This document shows, in pieces, positions 44,405-51,169 of a stretch of DNA of 64,000 nucleotides; positions within the stretch are counted from its first letter, which is position 1, and each line of letters opens with the position of its first letter. The position numbers and the translations under genes are program-made. This DNA is from Methylophilaceae bacterium (GTDB lineage: Bacteria > Pseudomonadota > Gammaproteobacteria > Burkholderiales > Methylophilaceae), in the NCBI GenBank assembly GCA_026419515.1, contig JANZZG010000065.1, forward strand, positions 8,435-72,434, written 5' to 3'. A model generated the notes under the pieces. That model saw only the letters and a program-made list of their open reading frames with translations. It ran no database searches and was not told the origin of the DNA.

Positions 44405-45673
44405 ATGCATCACGTCATCGTAGGCAATGGTCCGGCTGGGGTCATTGCGGCGGAAACGCTGCGCAAGGCCGACCCCACCGGCAGCATCACCCTGATTGGT
44501 GACGAACCCGAACCCCCTTACTCACGCATGGCCATCCCTTACCTGCTGAAGGGGGACATCCAGGAAAACGGGACTTATTTACGTAAGGACGCCGACCATT
44601 TCCACCGACTGGCGATCGACCTGGTGCAGGGTCGCGTCGTCGGCGTCGACAGCAGCCAACGGCAGGTTTTGCTGCAGAATGGCGCGCGGCTGGCCTATGA
44701 TCGGTTGCTGATCGCCACCGGATCACACCCTGTCGTGCCCCCGATCCCGGGGATGCAGCTGCCGGGCATCTACCCCTGTTGGACGTTGGAAAACGCACGC
44801 CAGATCGCCAGACGCCTGAAGCCGGGGGCCCGCGTACTGCAAATGGGCGCCGGCTTCATCGGTTGCATCATCATGGAGGCGCTGGCCAACAGCGGCGCCA
44901 GACTCACCGTGGTGGAAATGGGCAACCGCATGGTGCCGCGCATGATGACGGAAGGTGCGGGCGGGCTGATCAAGCGATGGGTGCAGCAGAAAGGCGTCGA
45001 AGTCCACACCTCCACCCGCGTCGAGGAAATCCGGCAAGGGCCGGGCGATGCCTTGCATGTGCAGTTGTCGAATGGCGCGGTGCTCGAGGTGGACATGGTG
45101 ATCTCTGCCACCGGCGTGCGCTCCAATATCGGTTTTCTGGAAGGCAGCGGTGTCAACACCGATATCGGGGTGCTGGTGGATGACCGCATGTGCAGCAACA
45201 TCCCGGAAATTTACGCGGCGGGCGATGTGGCGCAGGCGCGCGACTTTTCGACCGGCAAGATGATGGTCAACGCCATCCAGCCGAATGCGGCCGACCAAGC
45301 GCGCATCGCTGCGCTCAACATGGCAGGGAAAGAAACGCGGTCCCAAGGGAGTCTGGCCATGAATGTGCTGGACACGCTGGGCCTGATTGCCACGTCCTTC
45401 GGCCAGTGGTGGGGCGCAGCAGACGGCAAGGGCGAGCATGTGGAGCTCATGGACGCCGACAACTTTCGCTATCTGCGGCTGGAGTTTCAAGAGGACGTAC
45501 TGATCGGGGCCACCAGCCTTGGACTGACCCAGCATGTCGGCGTTTTGCGCGGGCTGATCCAGGGCCGGGTCCGCCTCGGCCCATGGAAAGACAGGCTGCT
45601 CAAGGACCCCACCCGCATCATGGAAGCGTATCTCGCCAAGGCCCAGGCCGCCACCCTTGGGGCATCGCTTTAG
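44405..45673 (+). CDS. FAD/NAD(P)-binding pyridine nucleotide-disulfide oxidoreductase family subunit (AorC-like)
   Basis: 422 aa with two Rossmann GxGxxG motifs (VIVGNGPAGVIAA; VLQMGAGFIGCI). Confidence 0.8.
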   Translation: MHHVIVGNGPAGVIAAETLRKADPTGSITLIGDEPEPPYSRMAIPYLLKGDIQENGTYLRKDADHFHRLAIDLVQGRVVGVDSSQRQVLLQNGARLAYDRLLIATGSHPVVPPIPGMQLPGIYPCWTLENARQIARRLKPGARVLQMGAGFIGCIIMEALANSGARLTVVEMGNRMVPRMMTEGAGGLIKRWVQQKGVEVHTSTRVEEIRQGPGDALHVQLSNGAVLEVDMVISATGVRSNIGFLEGSGVNTDIGVLVDDRMCSNIPEIYAAGDVAQARDFSTGKMMVNAIQPNAADQARIAALNMAGKETRSQGSLAMNVLDTLGLIATSFGQWWGAADGKGEHVELMDADNFRYLRLEFQEDVLIGATSLGLTQHVGVLRGLIQGRVRLGPWKDRLLKDPTRIMEAYLAKAQAATLGASL

Positions 45674-45676
45674 CGC

Positions 45677-45928
45677 ATGAAAATCACGCTCAAGCTTTAC
45701 GCCACGCTGGCAGCCCATCTGCCGGCGGGCGCGACGCGTAACCAGATCGAACTCGAGGTTCCGGCCGGCACCACCCCGGCCGACCTGGCCCGTCAGTACA
45801 ACCTCCCTCCCCGACTGACCCACCTGGTCCTGGTCAACGGCCATTACATCCCGCCCGAGGCAAGGGCCACGACCGTGCTAGCCGAAGGCGACGTGTTGGC
45901 CATCTGGCCGCCCATCGCCGGCGGATGA
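45677..45928 (+). CDS. MoaD/ThiS-family small sulfur-carrier-like protein
   Basis: 83 aa, MKITLKLYATLAAHLP...VLVNGHYI...GDVLAIWPPIAGG*, with a C-terminal Gly-Gly. Confidence 0.8.
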   Translation: MKITLKLYATLAAHLPAGATRNQIELEVPAGTTPADLARQYNLPPRLTHLVLVNGHYIPPEARATTVLAEGDVLAIWPPIAGG

Positions 45929-46209
45929 AGACTGCCCTCGTCCGCGTGATGGCGATCGGCCTGGATGACTTTCTGCGCTTGCTGCCGCACCTCGTCGAAC
46001 TGCCAGCGCCGCCCCCCACGCCATGCAACAGCATCGCGCTTCCCGCCCAAGGCATCACCCTCTGCTGGCAAGTCCTGCCTGTCGTGCGTTCCGGCGCGAT
46101 GCGGCTGCCGCAGCTCGAAGTCACGCTGCTGTTCGATGACATGCAAAGCGCGGGCAGCATCGCCTTCCTGAGGCGGTTCGATTACATTTTTCAGCGTGGA
46201 GGTGGATGA
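45925..46209 (+). CDS. Hypothetical 94-aa protein, translationally coupled to the MoaD-like gene and ending ..FQRGGG*
   Basis: ATGA overlap with the upstream stop. Third-position GC-rich codon usage is like neighbouring genes. No recognisable motif. Confidence 0.55.
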   Translation: MKTALVRVMAIGLDDFLRLLPHLVELPAPPPTPCNSIALPAQGITLCWQVLPVVRSGAMRLPQLEVTLLFDDMQSAGSIAFLRRFDYIFQRGGG

Positions 46210-46365
46210 GACGCGCGCTTCAACCGACCCAAATGGGTTTTGGCGCGCCAGTTCCAGCTTGCGACGGCATGATTGGGGCGGTACAGATTCGAAAAATTCG
46301 AAGGTCTTTGCACTTACGGACACCCCAAAGCAGCCGTGAAATGTGGCGATGCGGCAAACCTGGAG

Positions 46366-46719
46366 TCAGTCCAGCGGGCGCAGGAGCCCAGCCATCATGC
46401 CGACTTCAGCCGCCACGCTGGCATGCGCCTTGGCTTCCAGCTCGCGATAGCGACGCAGCACGTCGAGCCCGAAATCGGTGACCTCGGCACCACCACCATG
46501 GCTGCCGCCGGCCGCCGTCACCACCAAGGGCTGGATGAAACAGCGGTTCATGGTGTCCACCAGGTCCCAGGCACGTCGGTAAGACATTCCCATGTCGCGC
46601 GCCGCGGCGGAAATCGAGCCAGTCCGTTGGATCGCTTCCAGCAAATCAGCCTTGCCGGGGCCCATCGCCGATTCTTTGCCATATGGAATATGGATTTTCA
46701 AAATGCTGGAAGACATCAC
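46366..46719 (-). CDS. ModE N-terminal-domain-like winged-helix regulator lacking Mop domains
   Basis: 117 aa. GPGKADLLEAIQRTGSISAAARDMGMSYRRAWDLVDTMN matches the ModE HTH region (compare E. coli ...GSISQGAKDAGISYKSAW). The protein ends about 50 aa after the HTH, so there is no room for a di-Mop domain. Confidence 0.7.
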   Translation of the reverse strand: MMSSSILKIHIPYGKESAMGPGKADLLEAIQRTGSISAAARDMGMSYRRAWDLVDTMNRCFIQPLVVTAAGGSHGGGAEVTDFGLDVLRRYRELEAKAHASVAAEVGMMAGLLRPLD

Positions 46720-46838
46720 ACAGCATGCAAAATAATTGATAAAAAAAGTATACTATTGCCGTGCGGCGTTAGCCATGCGTTGTAGCGCACTGCCTCGCCG
46801 CATAGAATGGACGACCATCTTACTACTGCCCAACCCGT

Positions 46839-47837
46839 ATGCCACCATCCACCGCATTGATCGACCGCTATGGCAGGAAAATAGATTACATCCGGCTGTC
46901 CATCACCGACCGCTGCGACTTCCGGTGCAGCTATTGCATGGCCGAGGACATGCAATTCCTACCGCGCGACGAAATCCTCACCCTGGAAGAATGCGCGCGC
47001 CTGGTACGGGTGTTCGTCGGGTTGGGGGTGGTCAAGGTGCGCATCACGGGTGGCGAGCCGCTGGTGCGCAAAGATGCCATCACCTTGTTTCGTGACATCG
47101 GTCGGTTGCCCGGCTTGCGTGAGCTGGTACTCACCACCAATGGCTCCCAGCTGGCGCGCTGGGCCCACGCGCTGCGCGCGGCCGGCGTCTCGCGCATCAA
47201 CATCAGTCTGGACAGTCTGAATGCCGATACTTTCCGTCGTATCACCCGTGTCGGCGACCTCGACAAGGTACTCCAGGGCATTGCCGCGGCACGTGCCGCC
47301 GGTTTCGATGCCCTCAGGCTCAACACGGTGCTGATGCGCGGCATCAACGATCATGAAGCGGAAGACCTGGTGCAGTTCGCCATCGACCATGACATGGACA
47401 TCGCCTTCATCGAGGAAATGCCGCTGGGTGAAGTGGACCATGCCCGTGATACCACCTGCGTCAGCAATGATGAAACCATGGCCCGGCTTCAGCAGAAATA
47501 CGCCCTCGTCAGCAGCACCGAATCCACCGGGGGCCCGGCCCGCTACTGGCGTATCCCCGCAACACGCACCAAGATCGGATTCATTTCGCCGCACAGCCAC
47601 AATTTTTGCGAATCCTGCAACCGCGTGCGTATCACCTGCAAGGGGGAGCTGTACTTGTGTCTGGGGCAAGAAGACAAAGTCGATCTGATGCCATTGCTGC
47701 GTGGCCATCCCGACGAGGATGCTCCGCTGCGGGATGCCATTTTGCATGCCATGCAGATCAAGCCCCAAGGACATGATTTCGACCTGCGCCGCACGCAACC
47801 CGCAGTGGTTCGATTCATGTCGATGACGGGCGGCTGA
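46839..47837 (+). CDS. moaA: GTP 3',8-cyclase (radical SAM)
   Basis: 332 aa, with IRLSITDRCDFRCSYCM (CxxxCxxC) and a C-terminal CESCNRVRITCKG cluster. Confidence 0.95.
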   Translation: MPPSTALIDRYGRKIDYIRLSITDRCDFRCSYCMAEDMQFLPRDEILTLEECARLVRVFVGLGVVKVRITGGEPLVRKDAITLFRDIGRLPGLRELVLTTNGSQLARWAHALRAAGVSRINISLDSLNADTFRRITRVGDLDKVLQGIAAARAAGFDALRLNTVLMRGINDHEAEDLVQFAIDHDMDIAFIEEMPLGEVDHARDTTCVSNDETMARLQQKYALVSSTESTGGPARYWRIPATRTKIGFISPHSHNFCESCNRVRITCKGELYLCLGQEDKVDLMPLLRGHPDEDAPLRDAILHAMQIKPQGHDFDLRRTQPAVVRFMSMTGG

Positions 47838-47863
47838 CCGCTTTCCCATATCGTTTTGTCGCC

Positions 47864-48670
47864 ATGCCGTACCGTCCCCAGCTCTCCCAGGCAAGCCGAC
47901 CCGCCACCTACCCGATTCGCGCCACCGACGAAAACGGCAGCGAAGTACTGGTCGAAATCGCGGGCGAGCATCCACTGACTCTCTATCTCGACAAGCGCGA
48001 GATCGTCACTTTAATGACGCTGGGAGAAGCTCCGGAAGCTTTAGTCATTGGCTATCTGCGCAACCAGCGCCTCGTTCGTAGACTGGAAGACATCCTGGCG
48101 GTGCAGGTGGACTGGGAAACCGGAGCGGCCGCGGTCACCACCCGTCACGGCGTGGCCGACCTCGCAGACAGGCTGGGCAAACGCACCGTCACCACCGGCT
48201 GCGGACAAGGCACGGTATTCGGCGACCTCATGGAGGAAATCGGTCAGCTGACCCTCGACGACCAGGCCAGGTTGAGCGCATCTACGCTGTATGCGCTGCT
48301 GGAAAACCTGCGCCATTACGCCACCCTGTACAAACGTGCGGGCGCCCTGCACAGCTGCGCCCTGTGCTGCGGGGACCAGATTCTCTACCACGTGGAGGAC
48401 GTGGGGCGGCACAACGCGGTGGATGCCATTGCCGGCATGATGTGGCTGGATGGGGTCGAAGGCGCCGACAAGATTTTCTATACCACCGGCCGGCTCACTT
48501 CGGAAATGGTGATCAAGGCCGCGCAAATGGAGATACCCTTCATCGTGTCTCGTTCCGGCTTGACCCAGATGGGCTACGAAATCGCCCGCAAAGTCGGCAT
48601 CACCCTGATCGGGCGCGCCAAGGGCCACCACTATCTGCTGTTTACCGGGCAGCATCGCTTTGCCAAATGA
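47864..48670 (+). CDS. fdhD: Formate dehydrogenase sulfurtransferase/accessory protein FdhD
   Basis: 268 aa, with GRHNAVDAIAG and TGRLTSEMVIKAA motifs. Confidence 0.85.
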   Translation: MPYRPQLSQASRPATYPIRATDENGSEVLVEIAGEHPLTLYLDKREIVTLMTLGEAPEALVIGYLRNQRLVRRLEDILAVQVDWETGAAAVTTRHGVADLADRLGKRTVTTGCGQGTVFGDLMEEIGQLTLDDQARLSASTLYALLENLRHYATLYKRAGALHSCALCCGDQILYHVEDVGRHNAVDAIAGMMWLDGVEGADKIFYTTGRLTSEMVIKAAQMEIPFIVSRSGLTQMGYEIARKVGITLIGRAKGHHYLLFTGQHRFAK

Positions 48671-49248
48671 AGGTGACCGGCATCATCCTCGCCGGCGGCC
48701 TTGGACGGCGCATGGGCGGGCTGGACAAGGGACTGCTGCCGCTACGGGGCAAGCCTTTGGTGGCGCATGTCATCGACCGCCTGGCCCCGCAGGTCGATGA
48801 GCTGCTGATCAACGCCAACCGCAATCTGGAGGACTATGCACATTACGGCTACCGCGTCGTTCCGGATGCCGTAGCAGGGTATGCCGGCCCTTTGGCGGGA
48901 TTGCAGCGCGGGCTGTCGGAAGCCGCCCATCCGCTGGTGGTCACCGCCCCCTGTGATTCGCCGTACTTGCCGGCCGACCTCGTCACCCGTCTGCACGCCG
49001 CGCTCGAGGCAAAGCAGGCCGATCTCGCGGTCGCAGTCGCCCAGGGACGGCAGCAGCCGGTGTTCTGCCTGTGCCGCCGCACGCTGTTGCCTCACCTCAC
49101 TGCTTTTCTCGATAATGGCGGCCGCAAGATCGACGCCTGGTATGCCACACTCGAAGTGGCGGAGGCACCGTTCGACGACTGTCCGGATGCGTTCATGAAC
49201 ATCAACACGCTGCAGCAGCTGCAATCCGAAAAAGAGGCCCCGGCATGA
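48667..49248 (+). CDS. mobA: Molybdenum cofactor guanylyltransferase
   Basis: Start at MKVTGIILAGGLGRRMGGLDKGLL (48667; ATGA overlap with fdhD). Confidence 0.9.
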   Translation: MKVTGIILAGGLGRRMGGLDKGLLPLRGKPLVAHVIDRLAPQVDELLINANRNLEDYAHYGYRVVPDAVAGYAGPLAGLQRGLSEAAHPLVVTAPCDSPYLPADLVTRLHAALEAKQADLAVAVAQGRQQPVFCLCRRTLLPHLTAFLDNGGRKIDAWYATLEVAEAPFDDCPDAFMNINTLQQLQSEKEAPA

Positions 49249-49802
49249 ACTGCCCCGTCCCCTTGCTGGGTTTCTGCGCCTGGGGCAGCGGCATCGGCAA
49301 GACCACGCTGCTCACCCAGCTGATCCCGGTGCTGGTGCTGCACGGCGTGCGCCTGTCCGTCATCAAGCACGCCCACCACACCTTCGACATCGATCATCCG
49401 GGCAAGGACAGTTACCGTCTGCGCGAGGCTGGTGCGGTACAGATGCTGCTGGGATCGAAGAACCGCTGGGCGCTGGTCACCGAGCGCTGGCGCACCGATG
49501 CCGGCGCGCGCGAAATCGGCCTGGATGATCTGTTGCCGCACATCGACACGACGCTGGTCGATCTCATCCTGGTGGAAGGCTTCAAACGGGAACCCATCCC
49601 CAAGATCGAGGTCTACCGCCCCGCGCTCGCGCATCCGCTGCTCGCCGACAGCGACCCCAACGTGATCGCCATCGCCACCGATGGCGCCGTGCAGAGCCGG
49701 CTGCCCGTGCTCGATCTCAACGATTCCATCGCCATTGCCGATTTCGTGCTGGATTGGCTCCGTCGCCAGCAACCAGCCGTTCGATTGAAAGGAGTGATAT
49801 GA
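49245..49802 (+). CDS. mobB: Molybdopterin-guanine dinucleotide biosynthesis adaptor protein
   Basis: 185 aa, with P-loop GSGIGKTTLL and KHAHHTFDID. Confidence 0.85.
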   Translation: MNCPVPLLGFCAWGSGIGKTTLLTQLIPVLVLHGVRLSVIKHAHHTFDIDHPGKDSYRLREAGAVQMLLGSKNRWALVTERWRTDAGAREIGLDDLLPHIDTTLVDLILVEGFKREPIPKIEVYRPALAHPLLADSDPNVIAIATDGAVQSRLPVLDLNDSIAIADFVLDWLRRQQPAVRLKGVI

Positions 49803-51067
49803 CCGAACAAGACTTCATTGCCGCCAGCTGTGCCGACGACTACGACCCCGATTCCATGCCGGTGGACAAGGCCCGCCATTTCATCCGCGCCTACCTGACG
49901 CCGGTCGATACCCAGCAATGCGTGCCGCTGCGCGACGCCCTTGGGCGCGTACTGGCGGCCGACATCCTGTCGCCCTGCAACGTGCCCAACCACGACAACG
50001 CGGCCATGGACGGCTACGCCATCAGCGGCGCCGACATCCCGACGGAAGGCACGGCAAGCCTGCGGGTGATCGGCACCGCTTTCGCCGGCAAGCCGTTCGA
50101 GGGCGCCATCACCCGCGGCGAATGCGTGCGCATCATGACCGGTGCGGTGATGCCGCAAGGCGCCGACACCGTGCTCATGCAGGAACACGTGCGGGCCGAG
50201 GAGGATCGCATCGTTTTCGGTCCGGGTGCCCGCCCGGGGCAAAACCGGCGGCGGGCGGGTGAAGACCTCAGGCTCGGCCAGGTGGTGCTGCCGGCAGGCC
50301 ACCTGATGCGCCCGGCCGACCTCGGGCTGGTGGCCTCGCTTGGCATCGGTGAGGTCAGGGTGTTCCGCAGGCTGCGCGTCGCCTTCTTTTCGACCGGAGA
50401 CGAACTGGCCAGCATCGGCCAGCCGCTCGCCCCGGGACAGGTCTACGACAGCAACCGCTATACCCTGTACGGCATGCTGGCGCGCCTGGGCGTGGACATC
50501 ATCGACATGGGCGTGGTGCGCGACGACCCCGCCCTGCTGGAACAGGCGCTGCTCGAGGCTTCGCGCTGCGCGGACGTGATCTTCACCAGCGGTGGCGTTT
50601 CCGTGGGCGAAGCCGACTACATGAAAGCGCTGCTCAACAAGCTGGGGCAGGTGGTGTTCTGGAAGATCGCCATGAAGCCGGGGCGCCCGCTGGCCTATGG
50701 CAAGATCGGCAGCGCCCACTATTTCGGCCTGCCGGGGAACCCGGTCTCGGTGATGGTCACCTTCTACCAGTTCGTGCGCGAAGCCCTGCTGGTGCTGATG
50801 GGCCAGGCCCACCCGCGCCCGCTGCCGCTGCTTTCCGTGACCTGCACTTCCCCCATCAAAAAAGCCCCCGGCCGGACCGAGTTCCAGCGCGGCATCCTCA
50901 GCCAGGACGCAGACGGCGTCTGGACCGTGCGCGTCACCGGCGATCAGGGCTCCGGCATCCTGCGTTCCATGTCCGAAGCCAACTGCTTCATCGTCCTGCC
51001 GGAAGCCTGTGGCAACGTGGAACCCGGCGCCACGGTCCAGGTGCAGCTGTTCGACGGGATCGTCTAA
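49799..51067 (+). CDS. moeA: Molybdopterin molybdenum(tungsten)transferase
   Basis: Start at MTEQDFIAASC (49799; ATGA overlap with mobB, GGAG upstream). Typical MoeA sequence (DGYA..., SGGVSVGEADY, PGNPVS). Confidence 0.9.
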   Translation: MTEQDFIAASCADDYDPDSMPVDKARHFIRAYLTPVDTQQCVPLRDALGRVLAADILSPCNVPNHDNAAMDGYAISGADIPTEGTASLRVIGTAFAGKPFEGAITRGECVRIMTGAVMPQGADTVLMQEHVRAEEDRIVFGPGARPGQNRRRAGEDLRLGQVVLPAGHLMRPADLGLVASLGIGEVRVFRRLRVAFFSTGDELASIGQPLAPGQVYDSNRYTLYGMLARLGVDIIDMGVVRDDPALLEQALLEASRCADVIFTSGGVSVGEADYMKALLNKLGQVVFWKIAMKPGRPLAYGKIGSAHYFGLPGNPVSVMVTFYQFVREALLVLMGQAHPRPLPLLSVTCTSPIKKAPGRTEFQRGILSQDADGVWTVRVTGDQGSGILRSMSEANCFIVLPEACGNVEPGATVQVQLFDGIV

Positions 51068-51169
51068 CCCCTCGAAATTCATGAAAATCTTGATACCAGC
51101 ATCCTGAATTTCGGACTAGAATCGCCCCCTCGAAATCATGTTGGGCGCATTCGCCACATCATACAGGGG

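Noticed and set aside
46210-46365. Possible terminator or small RNA between the 94-aa ORF and the convergent ModE-like gene. The elements seen were a GACCC-AAAT-GGGTT-TT hairpin near 46226, a GGCGCGCC palindrome and an ATTCGAA direct repeat.
   Set aside because: The stem is only 4-5 bp with a weak U-tract, and the repeats are short. This is insufficient to call a feature.
51073-51095. Fur-box-like sequence GAAATTCATGAAAATCTTG upstream of the TonB-dependent receptor.
   Set aside because: Only about 10 of 19 positions match the GATAATGATAATCATTATC consensus, which is not better than expected in an AT-rich spacer.
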